From NCBI GenBank assembly GCA_049366695.1, contig JBMNCR010000089.1, positions 14,358 through 78,357 of the forward strand: a stretch of 64,000 nt of DNA, in the 5' to 3' direction. Positions 1 to 10,578 of this stretch are shown here, in pieces. This stretch comes from Eubacteriaceae bacterium (GTDB lineage: Bacteria > Bacillota > Clostridia > Eubacteriales > Alkalibacteraceae). Positions within the stretch are counted from its first letter, which is position 1; the number at the start of each line of letters is the position of its first letter. Below the pieces are notes generated by a model. That model made no database searches. It was not told the DNA's origin and saw nothing but the letters and a program-made list of their open reading frames with translations. A program made the position numbers and the translations under genes.

Positions 1-1244
1 TTGAGAAAATGCCTATGGTAGGAGGAAGTACGATTTTATCTGCAGGTATTGTCTATGGAACTGGTTTTGAAATGCAACAGGAAGCTGGGGTTGAAGACAG
101 TGTAGATGAACTTGTAAAATACTGGAGCGATAGAGCAGAGGGGAATAACGATGAAGCTTTATTAAAAGTAATTGCTGAAAAATCAGGAGATACTATTGAT
201 TGGCTAGTAAAAGATATTGGAGTAGAATTCATAGGTCCTATGCCAGCTGGTACTAGCCCAGCATTAAGAGGTGTTATGTCAACAGAGGGTGGAAATGGAA
301 TTATTAGTCCTTTAAAAACTTATGCTGAAGGTAAAGGTGTTGAGTTTTTTATGGAAACATCAGCCAATGAATTAATTACTGATGATAGTGGTGAAGTTGT
401 GGGAACGATGGCAACTGATAAAGATAATAATAAAATTACATTTAATTCAAAAGCTGTTATTCTTGCAACTGGTGGATTCGATAGAAATCCAGAATTAATG
501 AGCCAATATGCTTCAGAAGTTGATGGTGAAGATACATTTGTTGGTATGGGTAATACTGGTGATGGTATCATCATGGCGCAAAAAGTAAATGCTGAAGTAG
601 TAGGAAATGGCAGTGTAATAGGGTTTAGGGCTGTTGAAGGTGAAAACAATCTAGAATCTGAGATTTGTGGGTTAATGTGGAGTCCATTATTGATGGTGAA
701 TAAAGAAGGAAAAAGATTTGTTAATGAGGCATTTGATTATCCTATCATTCATAAGGAACTCATAAAACAGACAGACAAAAGAGCTTTGCTAATATTTGAT
801 GGAAATACATATAATCCATTATTAGATGAAGCCATAGAAAAGGAAGAGGCTTATGTAGCTGATTCTCTTGAAGAATTAGCTGATATATCAGGTATAGATA
901 AAGAAGCATTTTTAACAACTGTAGAAGAATACAATCAAATGATAGATAACGGCGAAGATACTGCATATAATAAAGATCTTTCTCAACAAACAAAGATAGA
1001 AAAACCAAAATATTATGGTGTTAAAATTGTAGCTGCATCTATTGGGGTTATGACAGGTTTAAAAATTGATACAGATGCACATGTTATTGATAAAAATGGT
1101 GAAATAATACCAAACTTATATGCAGCTGGAGAAGTTGCTAATGGGGATTTCTATTATAAAGAATATCCTGCCAGTGGAACATCAATTCAAATGAGTTTAT
1201 CATTCGGTAGAATTGCAGGAACAAATGCAGCAGCTTCTAAATAA
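1..1244 (+). CDS. FAD-dependent reductase flavoprotein of the soluble fumarate reductase / flavocytochrome c (urocanate reductase-like) family; 5' end lies outside the window
   Basis: The frame of ORF 9..1244 stays open to the window edge. The C-terminal LYAAGEVANGDFY...SGTSIQMSLSFGRIAG segment is typical of this family. A hairpin terminator follows. Confidence 0.7.
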   Translation, partial: EKMPMVGGSTILSAGIVYGTGFEMQQEAGVEDSVDELVKYWSDRAEGNNDEALLKVIAEKSGDTIDWLVKDIGVEFIGPMPAGTSPALRGVMSTEGGNGIISPLKTYAEGKGVEFFMETSANELITDDSGEVVGTMATDKDNNKITFNSKAVILATGGFDRNPELMSQYASEVDGEDTFVGMGNTGDGIIMAQKVNAEVVGNGSVIGFRAVEGENNLESEICGLMWSPLLMVNKEGKRFVNEAFDYPIIHKELIKQTDKRALLIFDGNTYNPLLDEAIEKEEAYVADSLEELADISGIDKEAFLTTVEEYNQMIDNGEDTAYNKDLSQQTKIEKPKYYGVKIVAASIGVMTGLKIDTDAHVIDKNGEIIPNLYAAGEVANGDFYYKEYPASGTSIQMSLSFGRIAGTNAAASK

Positions 1245-1273
1245 TAATAGTTAATATACTTATTAATAAAGGA

Positions 1274-1307
1274 GGGGTTCCATATGAGTGGAGCCCCCCT
1301 GTTTTTT
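1274..1307 (+). terminator. Rho-independent terminator
   Basis: GGGGTTCCA / TGGAGCCCC stem with one G-U pair, followed by TGTTTTTT. Confidence 0.7.
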
Positions 1308-1498
1308 GGTAAGCATTTCCTAATTATGTCTTTGCTTTATCAATTATTTCATCTGAGAAACATTTGCAACATTATTTTTATTAATCTATGATGGAATGCG
1401 GAATATTCCTTTTAATAACAATATTATCTGTGTAATATAGTTATTAAAGTATAATCTATAACAATGCAAGTAGATGAATTATGGTAGGATACTGTGGA

Positions 1499-2767
1499 CT
1501 ATCTATTTGCCAAATACTTTCGCTTAAATTTTTTAATTTTTATCAAATTATTATCAGCGTATTTATAAATATCAATTAAAGATAAAGAGGTATCTGTTCC
1601 AGTAAAAAATCCGAAAGATAGTTTAAGGACACCTATTTTACTTTTGGTATATTGATTGTCTAAGTAAGAAGTTATATTTTTAGCTATTGTTTTGGCAGTT
1701 TCTTTGTCAGTATTAAATAAAATTGCAATAAACTCATCTCCTCCAATACGTGCTAAAATGTCTTCTTTTCTGAAAATATTTTTTAAGAGATTTCCACAGG
1801 ATTTAATCATTTGATCACCAGCATGATGGCCAAAGGTATCATTAATGTATTTTAATCCATCAATATCTAATGAAAAAATTGTGATAGGGAAACAATGATT
1901 GTTTTCAGATCGATGAATCACATCTTCAAAGTATGCTCGGTTATAGAGTCCAGTAACGGGATCATTAAAACTTAAGAATTTAAGTTTTTCCTCATAATTT
2001 TTTTGTTCTTGAATGTTGCGAGCAATTCCAATAATAATAGGTTTGTTATATTCATCTTTTGATAAAGTGAAATTTCCAGCAAACCAATGAAGTTTTTTTT
2101 CATTATCATAAACACGAAATTCAGATATCATATGCTCTTTATTTCCATTAAAAAGCTGATCAAATGTATTCTTTACACTTAGCAAATCGTCCTCTTGAAG
2201 AAAATCAAAATAGCTTTTTCCAATAAAAAAATTCATGTCTACACCATACAAATTTTTAACATTAGGAGAAAAATAGGTAATTATATATTCGGTATTAACG
2301 GTGAATAGTAAATCGTGGGCATTTTCTACAAAGTTTTTAAATTTGGCTTCACTTTCTCTTAAGGCTCTTTCAATTTGATACCGCTCTGTAATATCTGTAC
2401 AAAGGCATAAAGCAATGTTTTCTCCATTAATCGTGGTGACATCTGAAGAGAGAAAAACATTAATCAATGTACCGTCTTTACAACGATGTAATGTTTCTAT
2501 AGTAGTATTTAAATGATTGGATACATCAATGCTATTTTCTACATCTTTTTTTGAGAGCTTGGCATCCCAATCCCATATGTGAAGTTGTAAAACTTCATCT
2601 TTGGTATAGCCAAGCATTTTTGCAAATTGTGCATTTGCATCTATAGCACGATAGTTTTTGTTAATTACTACAAATCCAAATTTAGATTTTTCAAGGAATT
2701 GATGCAGAGTAGAGAAGTCTTTATTAATGTTTTTATTGGCAAAAAAAACATTGTAGTTTGTATCCAT
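1499..2767 (-). CDS. PAS-PAS-GGDEF diguanylate cyclase
   Basis: Two PAS-like segments (FVVINKNYRAIDANAQFAKMLGY and LLFTVNTEYIITYFSPNVKNLYG) and an intact RIGGDEFIAILF active-site motif. Confidence 0.85.
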   Translation of the reverse strand: MDTNYNVFFANKNINKDFSTLHQFLEKSKFGFVVINKNYRAIDANAQFAKMLGYTKDEVLQLHIWDWDAKLSKKDVENSIDVSNHLNTTIETLHRCKDGTLINVFLSSDVTTINGENIALCLCTDITERYQIERALRESEAKFKNFVENAHDLLFTVNTEYIITYFSPNVKNLYGVDMNFFIGKSYFDFLQEDDLLSVKNTFDQLFNGNKEHMISEFRVYDNEKKLHWFAGNFTLSKDEYNKPIIIGIARNIQEQKNYEEKLKFLSFNDPVTGLYNRAYFEDVIHRSENNHCFPITIFSLDIDGLKYINDTFGHHAGDQMIKSCGNLLKNIFRKEDILARIGGDEFIAILFNTDKETAKTIAKNITSYLDNQYTKSKIGVLKLSFGFFTGTDTSLSLIDIYKYADNNLIKIKKFKRKYLANR

Positions 2768-3050
2768 AATATTACCTCCAATATTGTCAAATATAAATTT
2801 TGAATGTTAATGTCCAATAGTATGAATATTGTATTGTATATTGATTTTATAACAAAATGCCGATTAATACAATATTTTGTAGTTTTATTATACTTAACAC
2901 ATAAGTTTTATTTAATATTAGTTTTTGTTAGTACAAAATTCTTAATTAATAGTTTTTAATGTAATAATATGACAAAAAGTATTAATAATATTAAAATACT
3001 CTATGTGATCTATATCAATAATTTTGAAGTCATAGATTCATAGATTTTTC

Positions 3051-3079
3051 TTGAAAATGTATAAGTGTTATGCTATAGT
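3051..3079 (+). promoter_or_regulatory. Sigma-A type promoter upstream of the glutamine synthetase gene
   Basis: TTGAAA (3051-3056), a 17-nt spacer, then TATAGT (3074-3079). Confidence 0.5.
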
Positions 3080-3103
3080 ACTACTATAGTTAATAGGGCA
3101 AGG

Positions 3104-3168
3104 GTGCCTGTACTAAAAGCTTTTTGAACGCTAGAGTTCTTGAGGTTGTTTTAGTGCACTTTTTTTTT
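3104..3168 (+). terminator. Leader hairpin plus T-run (possible attenuator) in the glnN 5' UTR
   Basis: GTGC..ACTAAAA (3104-3118) pairs with TTTTAGTGCAC (3149-3159), followed by nine T. It lies between the predicted promoter and the start codon at 3228. Confidence 0.4.
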
Positions 3169-3227
3169 AAATGAAAAAATAAATTATAATATTCGAGCAT
3201 TGCTCAATTAAAGGAGGAACAAATAAA

Positions 3228-5315
3228 ATGGGTAACGTATCACAAATATTTGGTACAAATGTGTTTAGTGAAGCAGTTATGAAAGAAAGGCTTCCTAAAG
3301 ATACTTTTAAGAAATTAAAAAGAACACTTGACTTAGGTGAGGAGTTAACACCTGATGTAGCCGAAGTTGTAGCAAGTACTATGAAAGACTGGGCGGTTGA
3401 AAAAGGTGCAACACACTACACTCACTGGTTCCAACCAATGACTGGTAAAACGGCTGAAAAACATGATTCTTTCATCGAGCCAACTGGCGACGGTAGAGTT
3501 ATTATGGAATTCTCAGGCAAACAATTGATTCAAGGTGAGCCAGATGCTTCTTCATTCCCTAATGGTGGATTGAGAGCAACATTTGAAGCAAGGGGTTATA
3601 CAGCATGGGATGCTACATCACCTGCATTTGTAAAAGAGGGTACTCTTTTCATCCCTACAGCTTTTTGTTCATACTCTGGTGAAGCATTAGACAAAAAAAC
3701 ACCTTTATTACGTTCTATGGAAGCAGTTTCGAAGCAGGCTGTTCGTATACTAAGACTATTTGGTGATGAAGAAACAAAAAAAGTTACTTCTACTGTTGGT
3801 CCTGAGCAAGAATACTTTATTGTAGATAAGAAGTTATATCAACAAAGAAAAGATCTTATCTTTACAGGAAAAACTTTATTTGGTGCATTACCTCCAAAAG
3901 GTCAAGAGTTGGATGATCACTATTTTGGTTCTATTAAAGACAGAGTATCAGATTTTATGAAAGAGGTAGATGAAGAGCTTTGGAAATTAGGTATCTCATC
4001 AAAAACTAAGCATAATGAAGTAGCACCAGCACAGCACGAAATGGCGCCTATCTTCACAACTACTAATATTGCAACAGATCATAACCAATTGGTTATGGAC
4101 ACATTAGTAAAAGTTGCAAACAGACATGAATTAGCTTGTTTATTGCATGAAAAACCATTTGCAGGTATTAATGGTTCAGGAAAGCATAATAACTGGTCAT
4201 TAGGTACAAACAAAATGAACTTACTTGAACCTGGCGTAACTCCTCATGAAAATGCACAGTTCTTAACATTCTTAGTTGCAACTATAGCTGGAGTTGCGAA
4301 ATATGCTCCGTTATTAAGATTATCTGCTGCATCTTCAGGAAATGATCACCGTTTGGGTGCAAATGAAGCTCCGCCTGCGATTATTTCCATTTTCTTGGGT
4401 GAACAATTGACTGACATTATTAACCAAATTAAAGATGGTGCTCTAACATCATCAACAGCGCAAACTTATATGGATCTTGGAGTTCAAACATTGCCGAAAT
4501 TTCCTAAAGATGTTACGGATCGAAATAGAACTTCACCATTTGCTTTTACTGGTAATAAGTTTGAGTTTAGAATGGTTGGTTCTACTATGTCAATTTCTGG
4601 ACCAAATATTGTATTAAATACAATTGTTGCAGATGTATTAAGTGATATTGCTGATGAACTTGAAAAAGCAGATGATTTTAAAGCTGTTTTAAGTGAAGTG
4701 ATTGAGAAATTAGTTAAAGAAAATTTTGATATTATTTTTGATGGTGATGGATACGATCCAAGTTGGGTTGTAGAAGCTGAAAAACGTGGTCTTCCAAACA
4801 TTAAGACAACAGTTGAAGCTATAGAAACTTTCAGTAAGCCTGAATACATTGAGGTGTTTGAAAAATTTGGTGTATTTACTAAAGGTGAAGTTCTTGCTCG
4901 TCAAGAAATCATGTTCGAAGAATATGCAAAAACTATTAACATTGAAGCATTGACAACTATTCAAATTGCGAAAAAAGAAATTCTTCCTGCTGCTTTAGAA
5001 TATGCTAGCAATGTTGCGGAATGTGTTGCTAGTATCAAATCAGTTGTTACAGATGCTGATGTATCTGCTCAAAGCGAGATTGTTACTACAGTTAACAGTT
5101 TATATGCTGAGGCAAGTAAAGCATTAGTAGCATTGGAAGTATGCTTAGAAAAAGCTCAAGGAATTGAAGAAATTGGAGAGCAAGCAAGAGCTTATAAATT
5201 TGAAGTTTTTGAAGCAATGGAAACATTGCGCGAACCATGTGATGCTCTAGAAGAAGTGGTTGCTGAAGATTTTTGGCCATTCCCAACATATGGTGATTTA
5301 TTATTTAGAGTTTAG
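3228..5315 (+). CDS. glnN: Glutamine synthetase, type III
   Basis: 695 aa. N-terminal [11 protein letters not shown] and [10 protein letters not shown] motifs and the length are characteristic of GSIII. Strong RBS AAAGGAGG. Confidence 0.9.
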   Translation: MGNVSQIFGTNVFSEAVMKERLPKDTFKKLKRTLDLGEELTPDVAEVVASTMKDWAVEKGATHYTHWFQPMTGKTAEKHDSFIEPTGDGRVIMEFSGKQLIQGEPDASSFPNGGLRATFEARGYTAWDATSPAFVKEGTLFIPTAFCSYSGEALDKKTPLLRSMEAVSKQAVRILRLFGDEETKKVTSTVGPEQEYFIVDKKLYQQRKDLIFTGKTLFGALPPKGQELDDHYFGSIKDRVSDFMKEVDEELWKLGISSKTKHNEVAPAQHEMAPIFTTTNIATDHNQLVMDTLVKVANRHELACLLHEKPFAGINGSGKHNNWSLGTNKMNLLEPGVTPHENAQFLTFLVATIAGVAKYAPLLRLSAASSGNDHRLGANEAPPAIISIFLGEQLTDIINQIKDGALTSSTAQTYMDLGVQTLPKFPKDVTDRNRTSPFAFTGNKFEFRMVGSTMSISGPNIVLNTIVADVLSDIADELEKADDFKAVLSEVIEKLVKENFDIIFDGDGYDPSWVVEAEKRGLPNIKTTVEAIETFSKPEYIEVFEKFGVFTKGEVLARQEIMFEEYAKTINIEALTTIQIAKKEILPAALEYASNVAECVASIKSVVTDADVSAQSEIVTTVNSLYAEASKALVALEVCLEKAQGIEEIGEQARAYKFEVFEAMETLREPCDALEEVVAEDFWPFPTYGDLLFRV

Positions 5316-5389
5316 TAAAACACTGTTAATAAATACCATAGTTATTTTATATACATAAAAAAAGTATAATAGAAAACTTAAATAAAATA

Positions 5390-5432
5390 AGAGTTTGAAG
5401 CTATTGTGTTATAGTATCTTCAAGCTCTTTTA
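5390..5432 (+). terminator. Rho-independent terminator
   Basis: AGAGTTTGAAG / CTTCAAGCTCT stem with one G-U pair, followed by TTTT. Confidence 0.65.
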
Positions 5433-5532
5433 ATATTAACAATAATAATGCTGTTTTTTCTACCTGTCATATTGATTGAAACATAATAAAGTAAAAGGAT
5501 TTTTATCTTAACTTCGAAATATTCACTTGTTT

Positions 5533-6396
5533 TTACAATGATCTGCGAAAATTTTTTCTTTGAGAATATTTCATTAATAAAATGCTTCCCAAAAGAAGAA
5601 CAGTGCCAATGATAATTGAATTAACTGAACTAAACAAAGCTACAGGTGTATCAATAAAGTTAATGAAACGTTGATCCTTTACAAATATTAAAACGCCTAC
5701 AAGTCCAAATGGGATTAGGAAAGGGATTAAAATTAGACCTCTTTTGATGCCGTTCCAACGTTCTTTTGAAGCTTTTTGCATAGTTAATAACAACCATGGA
5801 AAGAAGACAAATGCTATAAGTCCATACATTAGTATTATTCCAATATCTAGCGTTTCATTATAGAGGGATTCAAATGTAAAAGAACCTGTCTTAAGAACTT
5901 TATATAATTTCATAAAGAATAAGTAAATTATATATAATGCTGAACTATATCCGAAGAGATAACCAAATGATGTATTGCCGCCCGCTGCTTCAATAAAATT
6001 TTTCATAAATAGATCTAAATTCTTACCAATAACTTCTTCAACATTTCTATTATCAAGATGAGCATGTTCGAAGATTTCTAAAATCATTGTCATAATTTCC
6101 TTTTTTTGAGTTCGTTTCATATTACTCATGCCGATATATTCATTAGCGTGGATATATACATCTTTATAGCTTTCAGGTAAATTTTTAATTCTTTTTTCTA
6201 TTTTTTTCACTGCTATCCAATTAATATAAACTGCAAAGAGTGCTAGAAAAATTATAGTAGCAAATATAATGCCTAAAGGATTTCTGCTTTGTGGATTTAC
6301 ATTTATAAAAAAAATAATTTGTAATATGAGTAGTATTGTCAATCCAATTGACATAAAAATTTTGTTTTTACCTTTAAAGTTCATGTATTCTGCCAC
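5533..6396 (-). CDS. Polytopic membrane protein co-transcribed with a PadR regulator
   Basis: Several hydrophobic helices. The gene overlaps the 3' end of the PadR gene, a typical PadR-plus-membrane-partner arrangement. Confidence 0.6.
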   Translation of the reverse strand: MAEYMNFKGKNKIFMSIGLTILLILQIIFFINVNPQSRNPLGIIFATIIFLALFAVYINWIAVKKIEKRIKNLPESYKDVYIHANEYIGMSNMKRTQKKEIMTMILEIFEHAHLDNRNVEEVIGKNLDLFMKNFIEAAGGNTSFGYLFGYSSALYIIYLFFMKLYKVLKTGSFTFESLYNETLDIGIILMYGLIAFVFFPWLLLTMQKASKERWNGIKRGLILIPFLIPFGLVGVLIFVKDQRFINFIDTPVALFSSVNSIIIGTVLLLGSILLMKYSQRKNFRRSL

Positions 6397-6712
6397 CTTT
6401 CATTATATTATCAACAGTGCCTGAGACATCATCCCATATTCCTTTAAATGATTTGAGAAAATTTCTACCATTATTATTAATAGTAAAATATTTTCTTTTA
6501 GGTCCTAGAGGGGATGCTTTTGACTGGGAAGTAATAAACTCTTTTTTTTCTAGACGAATTAGAACGGGGTATACACTTCCTTCATTCAGTTCTGTAAAGC
6601 CATAATCATTTAAATCCGAAGTAAGTTTATAGCCGTAGGTTTCTTCTCTTGATATGATTTCAAGTACGCAACCTTCTAATAATCCTTTTAACAGTTGTGA
6701 TTTGATACTCAT
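6374..6712 (-). CDS. PadR family transcriptional regulator
   Basis: LLEGCVLEIISREETYGY...GSVYPVLIRLEKKEFI winged-helix signature. I prefer the ATG at 6712 (RBS GAGGTGA) over the track start at 6742. Confidence 0.85.
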   Translation of the reverse strand: MSIKSQLLKGLLEGCVLEIISREETYGYKLTSDLNDYGFTELNEGSVYPVLIRLEKKEFITSQSKASPLGPKRKYFTINNNGRNFLKSFKGIWDDVSGTVDNIMKGGRIHEL

Positions 6713-7170
6713 TGTTTCACCTCTACTACTATGTATTAACAACTAGTATACTTTGTGTATATATGCACTATTCTGTATTGTCAAGTAGATGGTGTAATAC
6801 TCATATTACAGATATATTTTGTTTTTTTTGTATATTTGCAAAACTTGTTTTTGTGAGTTTCTAAACATACTATGATTATTTAGGTCTTTAATACCCCTAT
6901 AACTTGAGATTTTATTATAACACGAACTGTTTTACCATTTTGATGAATTATCATATGATTTTTACAAGTTGATGAATTGTATAATCAGCAAGAAAAGAAA
7001 TGGGTAATATATTTTTCCGAGACTTTGTTTAAGAATAAAATCATATTTTCAAAAAAAGTTTTGGTTATGTACTTTGATATAAATAAATGACTCATAGTAT
7101 ATTTACTTAATTAGAAATAGTAAGTAATACCCTAAGAGCCATAATAGAACATCTTAAAACGAATAAGCAT

Positions 7171-7890
7171 TTATGAATCTACTTTGATTTGAGAAAGTCT
7201 CCATATACTGATCAATATGCTTACAATTGCTATAATTAAAAGAGGAAATATTATATCAAAACAAAATGAACTATTTAATAGTAATTTAAATCCCCATGTG
7301 GCAGGTAGTATTTTTCCTATGTTTTGGAGAGTTTCTGGTAGCATATTACTTGGAAACATTATTCCTGATAGCATAAGTGAAGGGAGAAATATAATTTGTG
7401 ATATCATTGTTAATTTAGAAGCACTTTTAAAAAAAAGACCTAAAAGTGTTCCAATAGTGAGACTGACAATAATAAAAAAAGCTAATGAAAGAAAATAAAA
7501 TATACGATTAGTTGGAACAGTTGCATCAAATGCAATCGGTGCAATAAAAAATATTGTTATACTCATAATGTAAAGGTGTATAAATGCTGAAATCATATTG
7601 TTTATAGCAGGTATATAGAGAGGTATACCACCTATATGGTACGCTTTTTTAAGTGTACTTCCATAATGTTCGGTCAAAGGTGTAGGAGAACCCAAAATAG
7701 CTCCCATTGTTACTCCGAAAACCGTCATTGATTCAATCAGCGTTTCCTTAGAAGCTGGGTTGATAGATATAAAAATTCCACCTATAAATCCAAAAAATAT
7801 CAGTGGTACTACATAATAAGTTAATAATATACCTTTGTTTCTCAAGTCTAGTTTCCATTGTAATAATACTCCATACAAAAATGCATTCAT
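7171..7890 (-). CDS. ABC-2 type transporter permease
   Basis: Six predicted TM helices. Its start overlaps the stop of the upstream ATPase gene. Confidence 0.75.
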   Translation of the reverse strand: MNAFLYGVLLQWKLDLRNKGILLTYYVVPLIFFGFIGGIFISINPASKETLIESMTVFGVTMGAILGSPTPLTEHYGSTLKKAYHIGGIPLYIPAINNMISAFIHLYIMSITIFFIAPIAFDATVPTNRIFYFLSLAFFIIVSLTIGTLLGLFFKSASKLTMISQIIFLPSLMLSGIMFPSNMLPETLQNIGKILPATWGFKLLLNSSFCFDIIFPLLIIAIVSILISIWRLSQIKVDS

Positions 7891-8756
7891 TAGTTACACT
7901 CCTTTGATATATCCATAAAACTTTGTTCTAAAGATGTATGTTCTATTCTTATATCAAGAACAATATTTTCTGATTTTTTTAGCAGAGCTAATAATTCAAG
8001 TAATGCTTCTCCAATATTTGAGGTTATAAATACGTGATAACCGCGTTCAATACCTTTATAACTTGAATTTTGCAAAGATAAAACTTTATATTCCTGTATT
8101 AGTTTTACATGTATTTTACTTTCAGTACTTATTTGGGTAGTTAGTTCTCTAGGAGTGCCCATAAATGCAATACTACCTTCTTTTAGTATTGCAATTCTAT
8201 CGCATAGACTTTCTACTTCTGCCATATCGTGGCTTGCTAAAATGATAGTCTTGCCTCTAGATTTTAAAGTATTAATAATTTCATGGAGGGTGTTTCTGCC
8301 CTCTACGTCTAGTCCTGCAGTTGGTTCATCGAGAAAAAGAATATCAGGATTATCAATCAATGCAATAGCAAGATGAAGTCGTCTTTTCTGACCAGTAGAC
8401 ATTTCTTTATATTTTTTATTTTTTAAATCTTTCAGTGCTAGACTATTAAAAAGGTCTACATCAAAATCTGCCTTTTTCCATTTAGCAAATAATTTGAAAG
8501 ATTCTAAAGCAGTAATGTTTATAGGCAAAGATGATAATTGTAGTTGTACCCCTATGCTTCCATTAACATTAATATTACCGCTATCATATTTACGTAATCC
8601 TTCAATACATTCTAATGTAGTAGTTTTCCCTGCACCATTTATTCCAAGTAATGCAAAGGTTTCACCTGTACTCACTTTGAACGAGATTTCCTTGATAACT
8701 GTATTATTACCATAGCTTTTAACTAAATTTTCAACTTTTATAGCTGTATTCATCAT
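7890..8756 (-). CDS. ABC transporter ATP-binding protein
   Basis: Walker A GINGAGKTT, signature MSTGQKRRL and Walker B ILFLDEPTAGLD. Confidence 0.9.
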   Translation of the reverse strand: MMNTAIKVENLVKSYGNNTVIKEISFKVSTGETFALLGINGAGKTTTLECIEGLRKYDSGNINVNGSIGVQLQLSSLPINITALESFKLFAKWKKADFDVDLFNSLALKDLKNKKYKEMSTGQKRRLHLAIALIDNPDILFLDEPTAGLDVEGRNTLHEIINTLKSRGKTIILASHDMAEVESLCDRIAILKEGSIAFMGTPRELTTQISTESKIHVKLIQEYKVLSLQNSSYKGIERGYHVFITSNIGEALLELLALLKKSENIVLDIRIEHTSLEQSFMDISKECN

Positions 8757-8955
8757 TTTCTCCTTGTGATTGTTTATTTTACATTGAAGTATTATATGCT
8801 AAAATAGTATTCTAAAGGCTTGTTAATAACAACAAATTTCTTTTTAATATTATATTATATTTTGCTGTTTGAAGAAATACAAAAATCTCCATATAATAAA
8901 GAATGCATCTTGGTTGTATGAAGAAGCATTCTTTGATATGAAGTTTTAGTAAAAA

Positions 8956-9570
8956 TTACTCACTTTCAAATGTATCGCCAAGTGTTAAGAGATTTCCAGT
9001 TAAGGCATTATAAAAATCTTCATCTGGATCAATTAACCAGCCATTATCTGATTTAATCAGATTTATTTTAACTGTATTTTCTACCATAGGAAGATCGTCA
9101 CTGCTAAATTTTTCTACAATCATATTATTCATAAGTTCATCCATTTCTTCTTCATTATACTCTTCTGTATCAGTACTAAATGAACTAGAAAGCGCTAATG
9201 TAAAAGATTCTTCTATAATTTCTGAAAATATGCTAGCAAAGTCAGGTGCACTTATTTTTGTTTCTACTATTGCATTATCTCCATTTATTTCAGATCCTAA
9301 TATTTCATATTCTAATTTATTGTATGCACTTTTAAAAACTTTATCAATAGCTTCATCTTCATTTGAAAATATTTCATCCATATCTTCTTCATTAAACATT
9401 TGGCTTGAATCATCTTGAGCTGTGTTAATATAATCATACAATTTTTCAGTGTTACCATTTTTCATTGCATCTAGAAAAGAACTTACTGCATTTTCTGGTT
9501 TTGCTGTTGAACATGCCGTAAGACTTAAAAGTAATAATAAAATTAATAAGATTAAAAAAGTTTTTTTCAT
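8956..9570 (-). CDS. Secreted lipoprotein of unknown function
   Basis: Signal peptide MKKTFLILLILLLLLSLTAC with a lipobox cysteine. Start moved to the ATG at 9570 behind GAGGGGG. Confidence 0.7.
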   Translation of the reverse strand: MKKTFLILLILLLLLSLTACSTAKPENAVSSFLDAMKNGNTEKLYDYINTAQDDSSQMFNEEDMDEIFSNEDEAIDKVFKSAYNKLEYEILGSEINGDNAIVETKISAPDFASIFSEIIEESFTLALSSSFSTDTEEYNEEEMDELMNNMIVEKFSSDDLPMVENTVKINLIKSDNGWLIDPDEDFYNALTGNLLTLGDTFESE

Positions 9571-9796
9571 GTGTATCCCCCTCAATAATAATGTATAAGT
9601 GTAATTCTATAAAAAATACAAATTACCTTTATTAGAATAAAAATATATTATATTAGTTTTATAAAGTAAAGCTAAGTATTTAAGAACATAAAGATGATTA
9701 TTGCAGATTTAAAGCGATATTTTTAAGTCAAAAGATATAAGCTCTTTATCAACAACTTTGAACTAGTTATAATTATAAAACTTTACATAACTATTT

Positions 9797-10165
9797 TTAC
9801 AAGATATGTTTTCCTATTATTTTATCTAATTTTCTTATATCCACACCTTTTTTTAGATTCAATTTAAAAGATCCTGCCTTTGTCCAAAATTGAAGTTCGG
9901 CATTCCAGTCTAATAACTTGCCGGCATTTTCACTAGAATACATTACAATAGATTTAAATGGTATAGTGTATACTTCTACTTTATTTCCTGTTATGCCTTG
10001 CTTATCAGCTATAATAATTCTTTTATTTGTAACTACCGCAACATCTCGAATTGTTTTATACGCTATTTCTACTTCTTCACCATCGATCAATATATCTGAT
10101 ATATTCGATGGAATACTCGTTTCAGAAATAAATGTCCATTGCATAATTGCCCCTAAATCAGCCAT
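9797..10165 (-). CDS. Bacterial PH (YokE-like) domain protein
   Basis: 122 aa. The pattern LIDGEEV...VVTNKRIII...IPFKSIVMYS is typical of bacterial PH domains. This is a recognition-level call only. Confidence 0.5.
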   Translation of the reverse strand: MADLGAIMQWTFISETSIPSNISDILIDGEEVEIAYKTIRDVAVVTNKRIIIADKQGITGNKVEVYTIPFKSIVMYSSENAGKLLDWNAELQFWTKAGSFKLNLKKGVDIRKLDKIIGKHIL

Positions 10166-10578
10166 TTTTCAGCTCTCCTTTATTTTTTGTATTTATATAA
10201 AATCAATGTTTGTATCACTTATTCGACATAGAAGTAGAAAATCCTTCTTTCTATAGAAATTAAAATCCTTTAATTAGGCTAAGGTAATATAATTATTGAT
10301 TCTTGTTTGATTATATTTCATTATTTTCTTTATGTTATAATAATACTAATTTATGGAGTAAACTGAGAAATTAAGATATTAATATAATAAAGGTTACTAC
10401 AAAGTTTTAATTCTCATTTTAAATTAGACTTATTTGCTGATTCAGCATATAATCTAAAAAAATATTTGACCTTTTATTGTTAATGAAAAAATTAATAATT
10501 ATAATGAATACGATCTATAATTAATCTGATAATAAGAATTGAATATCTCAATTTCTAATTGATAAAGAAGGTAATGTA

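Noticed and set aside
320-649. Antisense or shadow ORFs in the track. Examples: 320..649, 760..1008, 4484..4849, 7217..7498, 13636..14304, 14395..14910, 36266..36514, 43073..43432, 44603..44920, 57000..57359, 57139..57510, 59958..60362, 60274..60591 and 60387..60701.
   Set aside because: They lie opposite or inside well-supported genes, lack an RBS and recognisable motifs, and have low-complexity or compositionally biased translations typical of shadow frames. This is especially so in the higher-GC cassette.
3080-3227. A glutamine riboswitch (glnA RNA), a T-box or an ANTAR dual-hexaloop target in the glnN leader.
   Set aside because: I found no specifier/T-box sequence, no glnA-motif core and no pair of hexaloop hairpins with the A..G pattern. 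I report only a generic hairpin plus T-run.
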